NCBI RefSeq assembly: GCF_018977255.1
Contig: NW_024704743.1
Coordinates: forward strand, 51,276,001 to 51,340,000
Length of the DNA stretch: 64,000 nt
Reading direction: 5' to 3'
DNA from: Callorhinchus milii
Taxonomy: Eukaryota
Under the pieces are notes generated by a model. That model ran no database searches. It saw nothing but the letters and a program-made list of their open reading frames with translations, and was not told the origin of the DNA. Position numbers and translations under genes: made by a program. This document shows positions 39,801 through 49,760 of this stretch, piece after piece. How positions within the stretch are numbered: the stretch's first letter is position 1; every line of letters begins with the position of its first letter.

Positions 39801-41685
39801 AACTGTGCAAAAAAAACAACAACAATTTACTGGCTTCCGATTACTTTGTACAACGATAAGAAAAGTCCGTAGCACCATTTTTGCAGCAACCTACGCAATT
39901 TGGATGAATCCTGTCGCATTGAAAATATTGTCGGATTGAACCTTGCATGTGTGTTTTTTTTTGGTGAGAGAGTAAAGTTATTAATGGATAGCGATCTCAA
40001 CGTCTAAATGCTGAGTGAAGCCCTGTGAGACGAGGTGACCCATCAGCCAGCAATACAGGAGGCTGCGAGCTGCACACACCGACTTCTCCATTTCTAACCA
40101 ACTCACTCACTCACTCATCTCACAAATTCCTTCACACGCATCCTTTTACTTTCTGATTTATTCATACTAAAGTCAGCGGTAATATTTTATTCACAAACTC
40201 CATTAGAGGGGGGGCGGGGGGGGGGGAGAGATGATGTGGAATCACTGAAGAAATCCTGACCAGAACAATAAAATCCTCTTTGGACTGGTGTTAACTATTC
40301 CAGATTTAAATGAACAATTTCCCACATGTCATAATCAATTACTGTTTTCCTCCCTTTTTTTTCACACAGTGCTAGCTTTGTTTCACCGTTGCCTGTTCTT
40401 TGCTTGGGCTTCTCCATATAATTAAAACATTCCCTAACAGAGTGGAGGAGAGCAGGACTGAACTCGCAACATTTAGCCACCTCACTTTAAACGCGTTAGT
40501 AGAAAACTGCAACAGATTTCCACGTCTAGATTTCCTAAAAATGTTCAGCTATTTTCAAAACAAAGGACGGGCTCGCATTCAAGCCACATTTTAGGTCTGA
40601 TATAATGTCTGCAGTCCATCTGTAGCGAACAACTTTTCACACAATGCCTCATCCCTCTTTGCTGCGCTTTACACAAAATGCACATTCAACACTTGTCGAG
40701 GAATTGTCGCTTTTGTATCTTCACCCGCGACGCCTGCAAAATTAAGAACATAATAATAATAATAATAATAATAAGAGTTTTTTTTTGTTGTTGTTGTAAA
40801 GTGTGCACACTTGTGCTGTCTTTTGCAGCACCTGCTCGGATGGATTTATGGGAAGTAACAAGCAACGTGCAGCAACCAGCCCCGAGGTTTGCTGCCTGTC
40901 TGAGCTGTGCTCACTCACTCTCAATGGGGCTGCAACAAAGTGCAGCAAAATGACAGGACCAGAGGATTACAGAGCTGGAAAAAGTAAATGGAAAGAGAGT
41001 GAGAGTGAGACCAAATAAACACGGGCATTTTTTGTTTTGTTTTCGTTCGGGACGTGAAGGTTTAAAGGCTGCTCTCATTGGCCCTGTTTAATTTCTGTGT
41101 GTTACACGAGTTCGATGGAAGATGAAAGAATTTAAGGGAATGTCAGGAAATGTGCAGGGCAGTGCGGGGAGACACGGAATAAATTCACAAAGGGTGTTCC
41201 GCAGACTTCAAACGGAACTTCCTGGCTGCTTCGTTTGAAGCGAATCAAATTCTAAATCTTGTTTTAAATATATAAGCTGTATTCCTGATTCCAGTCCAAA
41301 TCAAGCTAATACAATCTCACCAGTACCCGTTTTCAAAAGCCCCGGACCAAGTCTTTCTGATCTATTCCAAATAGCTCACCGTTTTAAGAGCTTGCCATTT
41401 GCACCCTGAAGCAATTTTTTAAATGGCATTTTAATAATGTTTTTTTTTAAATAAAATGATTTGCACAGTTCCATTCTATACTTTTTTTCTGCTATAAAGT
41501 CTACATTTTGCAGGTATTGCTCCTTATAGTTTTTAACATTGCGTGTTTTGATTTATCTGAAGGGCACTCATCCAAAAATGAAACCCGTCTTCTTATTAGA
41601 AAATAAGACGACTCGTACACATTTAAACACGTCCGCACTTTGAACCAAAATATAAATCATTCGAGAATCGTGATTTGAGCAAAGG

Positions 41686-41727
41686 TGGGGTGGGGGGGGG
41701 GGGGGGGGGGGGGGGGGTGGGTGGGGG
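41686..41727 (+). repeat. Poly-G / G-tract
   Basis: Long G homopolymer with flanking GGGT runs. Confidence 0.9.
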
Positions 41728-42055
41728 ATATGATGGCGAAGTAAAGGAAAAAAACACAATTATGTTAAATTGCACAGATTAAGTGAAAGAAAAAAAAACA
41801 TGTTGCGTCAAAGGGAGAGAGCCTGGTTCGCAAAAAGGTAGACAGTCATGATGAAATTGTTTTGGAAGACAGTAAACGATGTGGATGCAGACGGGAGGGT
41901 GTTTCGATAAAGTGACTTATATTGTTGTGGGCGTGAGATGAGCCTGTGGCTTTCAGTTCTTTTTCAGGCTGGGGTGAATGTGTGAAAACAAGCCTGTGAA
42001 GCCGCTGCGGATAGGAGCTCTCTTGCACAGCATGAAGTCTGTATTGCCCTGACTT

Positions 42056-42108
42056 GTGAGTGAGTGAGTGAGTGAGTGAGTGAGTGAGTGTGTGTGTGTG
42101 TCTGTGTG
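42056..42108 (+). repeat. Compound microsatellite (TGAG)n(TG)n
   Basis: Directly visible. Confidence 0.95.
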
Positions 42109-42245
42109 AATGCACTCTCCTTGGCTCTGACCATAGGCGGGAACCACAATAAAACTGTGGCTCTCGGATACTGCATTTCGTGTTGAATAATGTGTAAAAT
42201 AACAACAAAACTTGGAAGTGTTAGAATATTCTATGTTGTATATTT

Positions 42246-42316
42246 CTATAATTCAAAGGTATCCATTTCCTTATTTCTTGTCCAGAAGTAAGGAAATGGA
42301 TACCTTTGACTTATAG
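42246..42316. repeat. Near-perfect inverted repeat, 33-bp arms with a 5-nt loop
   Basis: CTATAATTCAAAGGTATCCATTTCCTTATTTCT-TGTCC-AGAAGTAAGGAAATGGATACCTTTGACTTATAG; 31 of 33 positions are Watson-Crick. Confidence 0.95.
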
Positions 42317-42563
42317 TTTAAGTGTAACTAAACGACCCCCACCCCCACCTCTATAATTCCATGCAAATGTACGAGGATAATACTCAGAATATTATCAAGT
42401 GTGTAAGTGAACCTTTTGACCGTGTCCTCCAAGTCTCGCGAAGTGTGTAACTCGGAATGCACTACGTCGGGTTATGTCTGAAGACAGTGAGGTGTAGGTT
42501 TACGAGTCCTCTCTCTGTCTCTCTTCCCCCAAGCGCTGTGGGACGGAGTCAGTCAGTGAAGCA

Positions 42564-42594
<31 letters not shown>

Positions 42595-44039
42595 CTGTCT
42601 GTCTGCAGAAAGTTCCCTTCAGCTCCAGTGGCGTCCATAGAGGGAGCTGCAGCCTTACAGTTTGCTCTCTCTCTCTCTCTCTCAGTGTGTGTGTGTCTCT
42701 CTCAGCCAATTCAGCAGTACACATGCACCCCGCACGCCACGTCTAAATTAACAACCCCCTCTCCAGAAAGGACACTTTCCTTTCAACGTGGAGTCAAACT
42801 TCGTTTGAGCCAACAACTGCGGGAGTGGCCCTCCGAAAATCTCAGACTGAACAAAATACTTTCGTGCAACGTGTGCGTTTTTTTTTTTCGCTTTTCCCCC
42901 CCCCCCCCCCTTAAAAAAAATCCAAGAAACCACCCAAGCACGGTTCTTACCAGCTGAGCATCAAGCGATACATACGGTTGATATTATTGTCATTCCACTT
43001 ACAAATGAAAATAATGTCAGGATCCGTTCTGACTGGATGTCAGAGGTCATTTTAAAGAGTTACCATTTTAAACGTACTCCAGAAACGTATTTAACGTCTC
43101 ACGTCTTTAATATCTGACATATGTAACATATTTACTTTGATTCCATTTTTTTTTGAAGATCCGAACAACATCACTTAAATACATTTATAACCACTTCAGC
43201 TCCAGTTAAATGACCAAAGACTTTACTCCGGTTTAAAACACATGTCGTCGATTGTTTTAATTAAATAATCTGTCACAGTCCGACAGACATTCTGTTAAAT
43301 ACTATATTTAAAAACGCGTCGTATAAAGACATCAGAATCAAATATAATCTGTTTTTTCCCGTATACAAATGGCAAACGGTGTTTTCTGCATATAGTGCCT
43401 TAATACTACTAATAATGTAACCGTATCTTTCTAAAGGAAACACCCATCTTGTGCTTTCGGCAGCAGGAAAGTGTTATTCCCAGTGATCTGAGATCAGCCA
43501 AACTCTCAATCAATACGTGGTGCCTGATGCTTTGTTAATATTTTATTTCACAGTTGCTATTACTTCCGATCCGTGATGAGCTTTTTTTTTCTGTTTGGAC
43601 ACAGCCTTCCATATTATTTTTTAATTGCTTTAGCAGCTGCTTGCTTCATAGAGCGCCCCTTCTCCACCAGGAGAAACCATCTGTCGAGTAAGTAGCACCT
43701 TAAAGGTCACTGATTGGTTTCATAGGGGAACAGGAGAATAAACACTGGGACATTTACATTGCGGAAATCTCACAAAAGTAGCTCGCAACTATATTTGCCT
43801 TCTCTTCTCCCCCCACCCCTTTCTCTGTCCATAACTAGAGTTTTAAATAAAATAACAGCTTACAGCAGCAATAGAACGGATTATAAAAATACACTCAGGC
43901 AGAGTTTTTCTCCCCCCCCCCCTCTTTTTTTTCCCCCCCTAAAGAATAACGTTCTTTTTTAAAAAAAAACCTGTAAAATGCGACTTTTTTTTTGGAAAAA
44001 TTAATAAAACGTCATGTCAGGTTACGTGGAGATTGGATT

Positions 44040-44415
44040 TCTTTTCTAATTTCTTTTAGTTTATTAGACAAAAATATATGAATTTTAACAAGTTCTGCTC
44101 ACGCGCTTATTTACAATTATAATCACTGTATATACATAGAAACACAGGACGTGGGAAAATAATCACCAAAACGGATAATAATCGCGCCAGGGAAAAAAAA
44201 ATCAATTAGAATAACACGTGCTGATATGTTACAATGTCAAATAAATCGTTACATAATTGTCAAGTTTTTGAAAGGATCTTGCATTGCCCGACACTGACGA
44301 CAGAAGACCAGAGTGAATTCGCTCTTCTGCTTTTCTTCAATTTCTTCCCTTATTTCGTTTTTTTTTCTCTCTCCTTCTCTCTTTCTCCTTTGATCCGCCC
44401 CCCAAAAAAACTTCC
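44040..44415 (-). other. irx1: Irx1 3' UTR (approximate)
   Basis: Region between the stop codon and the first downstream minus-strand AATAAA; U-rich sequence follows the signal. Confidence 0.7.
44060..44065 (-). terminator. Polyadenylation signal AATAAA of Irx1
   Basis: Plus-strand TTTATT at 44060-44065, about 350 nt past the stop, in the context TTTTTGTCTAATAAACTAAAAG. Confidence 0.75.
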
Positions 44416-44470
44416 TCAGATGGAGGGAATGGCCGCTAAAACTCTGGTTCCGTCTTGCTGGGGCCGTGAG
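44416..44470 (-). CDS. irx1: Irx1 coding exon 4, terminal, stop TGA at 44418-44416
   Basis: Acceptor GTGTTTAG|C. Reads (S)SRPQQDGTRVLAAIPSI*, resembling the recalled IRX1 C-terminus QEGTPRILAALPSA. Exons sum to 228+970+70+55=1323 nt, i.e. 440 aa plus stop. Confidence 0.92.
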
Positions 44471-44474
44471 CTAA

Positions 44475-44519
44475 ACACACAGACACACACACACACACAC
44501 ACACACACCGCACACACAT
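44475..44519 (+). repeat. (AC)n microsatellite abutting the exon 4 acceptor
   Basis: Directly visible; reads (UG)n in the transcript. Confidence 0.95.
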
Positions 44520-44784
44520 AAACATTTCAGTGTTCAGTCACATGAAGACATTGAGCAAACACATTGATATGGCAGACAGTCTGCACTATATAAGACCATT
44601 CAGAGCTAGTAAAAACTAGATCATATTGTCAAATGCATAAGTGTCAACAAATAACCCTGGCCAACTAATTAACCTTTACACTAATGAAATGTGTGCTAGC
44701 CACGTTTTTTTTAAAAAAGCGAGTTTATATACATCCTTGCGAGAATTATTTTCTTGTTTCCTTTTTTTTAAAAATGAACCTGAC

Positions 44785-44811
44785 AAGAAGAAGAAGAAGA
44801 AGAAGAAGAAG
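44785..44811 (+). repeat. (AAG)n microsatellite in Irx1 intron 3
   Basis: Directly visible. Confidence 0.95.
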
Positions 44812-44828
44812 ATGAAAAAAAAACTCAC

Positions 44829-44898
44829 CTTTCTTTTACGGGCTGAAATGATATGTTTAGCTGCTGTGATGGTGATTCACCAGGAAGATTTTCTCTCT
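44829..44898 (-). CDS. irx1: Irx1 coding exon 3 (70 nt)
   Basis: TTTTTGCAG|AG...AAAG|GTGAGT. In phase with exon 2 it reads ERENLPGESPSQQLNISFQPVKE, resembling the recalled IRX1 segment ERDLVPRPDSPAQQLKSPFQPVRD. Not in the ORF track. Confidence 0.92.
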
Positions 44899-45087
44899 CT
44901 GCAAAAATAAAATGACGTGCTTGAACAGACTCACTTTTTTTAATCTCTGGGAAGAAAAAAATCACCTTTTTGTTTTAAAGTAAAAATGCGTATTTAGAAA
45001 TACGCTTATTCGTATTTTAAAGTTAAGTTAGTTACATTTGCTGGATCCGACAGAAGTATCCCAAGCGAGGGGGAGGCGAATATATCA

Positions 45088-45150
45088 ACCACAACAACAA
45101 CTTGGATTTATATAACGCCCTCCACGCCGGATGGCGTCTCAGAGCGCTTA
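45088..45150 (-). mobile_element. Very short L2 3' tail in Irx1 intron 2
   Basis: ACAACAACAACTTGGATTTATATAACGCCCTCCACGCCGGATGGCGTCTCAGAGCGCTT aligns with 25362-25422. Confidence 0.85.
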
Positions 45151-45196
45151 ATAATAGCAACGCAAAACTCACTGGAGGGTTGTGAGTGTAAAATAC

Positions 45197-46166
45197 CTGT
45201 GTGTTTTGGGCTGTGGATCTCTGTTGGTTTTTCACTGCTGACTGTCCCCAGGGCTGCTGTTAGCACAGAGGGGTGTTGCTGCTGGGGCTGGGGATGTTGC
45301 GAATGATGGTGATGATTTACGCCCAGAAAAGACCTCACGTTTAGCAAAGAGTTCTGCCCCAGGAAAGCGCCGTTTGTCCAGTTGTGGAACTTGCTAATCT
45401 GACAGGTATACAGTCCGTGGTTGGAGAGGAAAGCTGGGTGCTGGATGGTGGAGGGCGTGTGGCTGGTCTGTGAAGGTTTCTGAGCACTGTCAGGGCTGGT
45501 CGCAGTCTCTGCCAAGGACCAGATTTTGGGTTTGCTATGATTTGGGATTAGCACATTCCCCTGCCCTAGAGATACCCCCCTGGTGTTATTGCTTTCAGCA
45601 GCACTGCCATCCACTCGGTCCGTCTCTGCTTTATTACCATCAGATCCCGGATCAAGCCCGCTCTCCAAATCCGCTTTCCCCCCTTCACAATTGGGGTTCA
45701 GCTTTTCTTCCTCTTCCCCGTTGCTTTGCTCCTCGTCGTTCTCGTCGATTTTATCGATGTCGATGCTTTCCAAGTCGATCTCCTCATCCTCCTCCTTTTT
45801 CTCGCTCTCTCCCTCCGTGTCGCTCCCGAACAGGTTGCCGTCCTCCTCTTTACTCCGGTTGCCCCAGGTCATCTTGTTCTCCTTCTTGAGTCTTCTCCTG
45901 GCGTTGGCGAACCAGGTGGAGACCTGGGTCAGGGTCATCTTGGTGATGATGGCCAGCATGATCTTCTCCCCTTTGGTGGGGTAAGGGTTCTTCCTGTGCT
46001 CGTTTAGCCAGGCTTTCAGGGTGCTGGTGCTCTCCCGAGTGGCGTTCTTGGGTCGGGCTGGGTCTCCGTATTGAAACTGTCCATAAGGGTAATAGGCAGG
46101 AGCTGTGTGCGCTGTGAATGCAGCTGCGTGAACTCCAGGATTATCCTTCAATTCGTACTGCGACCC
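45197..46166 (-). CDS. irx1: Irx1 coding exon 2 (homeodomain, acidic region, IRO box)
   Basis: Acceptor TTTTGCAG|GGG. Encodes [13 protein letters not shown]...[64 protein letters not shown]...[13 protein letters not shown]...SPKHT. Donor CAG|GTATTT (phase 1). Confidence 0.96.
45495..45533 (-). other. irx1: IRO box coding sequence
   Basis: [13 protein letters not shown], the Iroquois family-specific motif. Confidence 0.95.
45873..46064 (-). other. irx1: TALE-class homeobox of Irx1
   Basis: [12 protein letters not shown]...NPYP...WFANARRR motif, diagnostic of Iroquois homeodomains. Confidence 0.97.
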
Positions 46167-46183
46167 CTGCAAAAGGGACACAC

Positions 46184-46263
<80 letters not shown>
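46184..46263 (+). repeat. (GA)n microsatellite beside the exon 2 acceptor
   Basis: Directly visible; explains the spurious SLSL N-terminus of ORF 45108..46268. Confidence 0.95.
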
Positions 46264-48177
46264 GGCAAATAAAAGGGGAAAATGTTAATATAACATCACT
46301 TTCGTATCCCATTTTAGTACAACTGCACCGCGCGTTCAAAATACACTCTACAAACAGTATGTGAGGTAAGATGTCACGCACTAAAAAGTTGAGGGCAGGA
46401 AGCCCTGAAACTTTTGCATAGTTTGAGTGGAAACGAAAGGGTTAACGGCGAGGTTCATCTATAACCCCCACCTCCCCCCATCCCCCCCAAAAAAAATTAG
46501 CCCCTCTAACGCCGAAACAAAAGGAAATAAGATTAATGATACACTTATGACAAACATAATTTTAATGTCTTTAAATGGAAGCTGAACACACGTCCACACA
46601 CGCACAGAGAGATAAACTCAGCTGCGGATTCACCACCAGCAGGGAGACCGCTTCCATCGGGGCACACAGGGGTCTGGCGCAAAGGCATGAAATTATAAAT
46701 GTCTGAACCATTCAGAATTAGTTCACAGAGAACCGCTGATTCTTGGACTCGGGTCCCCCACGTTATTGTTACAGCATGGTCTGGATATTTCAAAGTAATA
46801 TCATACACCTTTTTAATTGTGATTTAAATGTTTGTAGTGGAAACAACAAAAGTTCCTAGAGTATCTCTGTCTTGAAATCTTTTATTCAGATCTTCGCACT
46901 AGAAAGGCAATAAAGGGAAACAAAAGAAAGTTGAGACGTCCTTTTATAGGCCATTTATAATTCATAAGTCCCACGGCTCCTGTGCACAGTTTTTAAAAAT
47001 CTCATTCGTGCAAATTACTTTTTTTTAAATATTACACTACATATTTAGGGTGAGAAAAAGTGTACAACTGGAAATATACAGATGCAATTCTCCAGTAGTC
47101 TATTTCTATAGAAAGATACAACCTAAAATAAACCTTATGTGGCCACACTTTGAACAGTCCACCTCTTTTCTACGCCTGTAATGTTAAAATGCAGGTTGAA
47201 AGTTGTGTTCCAGGCACTTTTTTTGCTTCTTGGAAAGCTATTTCGCGTCGAATTAAAAGTTGGAAACATTACATCATCTAATTCCCGCTCACATAGTCCC
47301 GCAATGTAAACACTAAAACAGAATGTGTCTCCTTCCTGGAGGGTTTATTCTAAAATCGAAACACGTTTGGTAATCTACAGTGGAGTCAGCATCGCAAATG
47401 CAATAAATTTTAATCTTTTTGGCATTCCGTTCAATTAAGCTTCAAGTCTCCAAACCCTTTGCTCCCTCTAAAAAAAACATCAGAGCCCTAGAAAGAGTGC
47501 GACCACAGTCCTAAATAGGCCAACTTTATTTATCCACTAGATATTCGTTTGAATTTCCGTTTATATCTTCATATTATTTGTATGAAACGTGTTATAAGTC
47601 TGTGTATGTGCACAAAAGCCTTTATCGAAAGCAATTATGGACAATCTAAGCGCTTTTAGAAGCCGGCATTAATTTATATTCAATGAAGGTGCACGTTATC
47701 TGCTGTTAGGAGAGTGAATGAGCCGCTGGATCATTATCAAGAAAACAGGAAATCTTTCTAACTAACCACAGGATCAGTGACTATCATTCAATATTTTTTA
47801 TAGATAACTGTCGAGTGTGATCTCGAAATTCGCCCTCTATTTATCCTGTCTCGATCTGAGATTATTGCATTTCCACAGCTGCAAATCTATTCAAAATCCT
47901 CCTTTCCCAGAGGCATTTCCATGACCAAGATCACCGAATTGTTTGCCAGTTGTACTTGTCTGCAGGAGAGTGCGACCCAAATCCTTGCCGCCCTAAAGCG
48001 AATGCATTGCATTCGTGTGTGTGGTGAAGGATTCAGAATGAAGCAACTGTTCCACGTAAACTTTCGAGGTAATAAAAAATCGATAGCGATTCGATAAAGC
48101 TGCAAAACTTTTTGGATTTGCTTCCATTGAGATTTAAATGCCAGTGGGAGCACACGTAATAAAACTAAAGCGAGCCC

Positions 48178-48208
<31 letters not shown>

Positions 48209-49210
48209 GTGGGAAATATCGCGTTGCAAAGCACACAGCACAAACCCCCCCAACTTGTGCGAGGTGGTTTCTTGTCAGTCTGACAGGTTAAAACAAAGCC
48301 CCGCATCTAATTGCGGATTGTAAAACTCCAGAGATGAGCCGCAGCTCACACGACAACTTTTGAGTTACTTTATCTGAAAACGGCTGGAGAAACGCAGTGC
48401 ATATAACACACGGACAAACTAAAGGGGAGGGGGTGGGGTGGGGTGGGGAGGGGGGGTGGGGTTGGGGGCTGAGGCTCTGTGGCAGTCGATGCATAATAAG
48501 CCGCAGAGCTAACTGCGAACGGCATATGTATATACATAAATGAATCCCGAATAAAATAAAATAAATCCTCCCCCACCCCCCACCCCCCAAAAAAAATAAA
48601 CTAGTGTCTGACATGTTGCTGTGAGGTTGGAAAGATGGCTGAACCAGAGCGCAGTGTCAAACTTTGCGAAGCTGCTTTTTAATTGTGTCCTCGCACAACG
48701 TTGGTACTCGGATTCACAGGGCGGCTGCAGATAATGCTTATTAAACTTTTCACATCTTATTGCATGTCATCCATTGCAGAGAGGGAGAGAAGGAGGGAGG
48801 GAGGGGGGGAGGGAGGGAGAGGTGGGGAGAGGGGAACAGAAGGGACGCTGATAAAATCCTGTCTGTGAACGATGCGGCCGGGGATCAAAACACCAGCGAC
48901 CGCGCGGCGCTTCGGTGAAGTGTTAATTATTACGGGTTGGGTTTTTTTTCCCCCAAAAAAATACAATAAAAATCTAACTTTTACCGTCTTGTGGGCGTTG
49001 CATGTTTGTGAGGATCCGCCGAAAATACATGATGGTTTTTTTTTAAAAAAATCAAACTTTAGCTGCGAGTAAGGAGTGTTCTTGTAATATTTAACCGCAC
49101 GCATATATAAATATATATTATATATATATACACACTGCATATTTATGTTGATGTGCACCTTCTCGTAAGGATGGTCCATGCAAGTGTTGTAAAAGAATGA
49201 TCGCACTTAC

Positions 49211-49438
49211 CATTTGGGAGAACATGGTGAGGTCGGTGGTGTAGGGGAGGAAAGCGCTGTAGTTCTGGGCTGTGTAAGGGTTTGCATACATTCCCAACAC
49301 CGAGGTTACAGCGGCAGCGGCGGGGTTAGCCCCGAGCTCGGCTCCTCGGGAAGACGCGAGCACTGCCTGCCGATCGGCAGCATACACAGCCTGGCTAGCG
49401 TTCAGATACTGAGGGTACCCCAGCTGAGGGAAGGCCAT
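49211..49438 (-). CDS. irx1: Iroquois homeobox 1, coding exon 1 (76 codons)
   Basis: ATG at 49438 encodes [12 protein letters not shown]...[11 protein letters not shown]...NYSAFLPY...FSQM, the N-terminus typical of vertebrate IRX1. Ends at donor ATG|GTAAGT (phase 0). Confidence 0.96.
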
Positions 49439-49760
49439 CTCCTCAAACGGATCTCCCTTCACCAAACTCAAAAGCACAGAGAAGGCAAAGTGACAGGATA
49501 CAAAACTCGCTTCCGATCGCTTCCAAATCTCGCCTCTTTTTGTCCTGCCTGCAGAATCTCCCTGTAAGCGATCTGATCGCCAATTCAACTCCAACTGATG
49601 TGTCTGCCCATAGGTCCTGGCAGATCCGTAGATATCATTTGAAGTTGATGCTTTGACTGACAGGTCACTTTAGCGGCAAGCCCCTCCTAGTTTAGAGCAT
49701 GTGGTTTCGCACGGTTGGGCCACTTTGTGTTGTGGTGTGTTAAATGTTTTGCATTCGGAT
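49439..49760 (-). promoter_or_regulatory. Irx1 5' UTR / proximal promoter
   Basis: Immediately upstream of the ATG and CpG-containing. Carries TGACTGACAG (49654-49663) and AGGTCA (49662-49667). The TSS cannot be fixed from sequence. Confidence 0.55.

Noticed and set aside
42457..42957. 166-aa plus-strand ORF
   Set aside because: Runs through (GT)n, (CT)n and homopolymer tracts; no recognisable domain or splice support.
44779..44812. Cryptic acceptor (TTC)nTTGTCAG in intron 3
   Set aside because: Only 49 nt from the exon 3 donor, too short for a normal intron, and the sequence beyond has no IRX1 similarity.
45470..46007. Three overlapping plus-strand ORFs
   Set aside because: Antisense shadows of the GC-rich Irx1 exon 2.
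46167..46268. N-terminal [10 protein letters not shown]... of ORF 45108..46268
   Set aside because: Translation of the intronic (TC)n microsatellite; the true exon starts at the AG acceptor before 46166.
49439..49594. 52-codon in-frame extension upstream of the Irx1 ATG
   Set aside because: Starts at TTG and has no resemblance to IRX proteins; orthologues begin M(S/A)FPQLGY.
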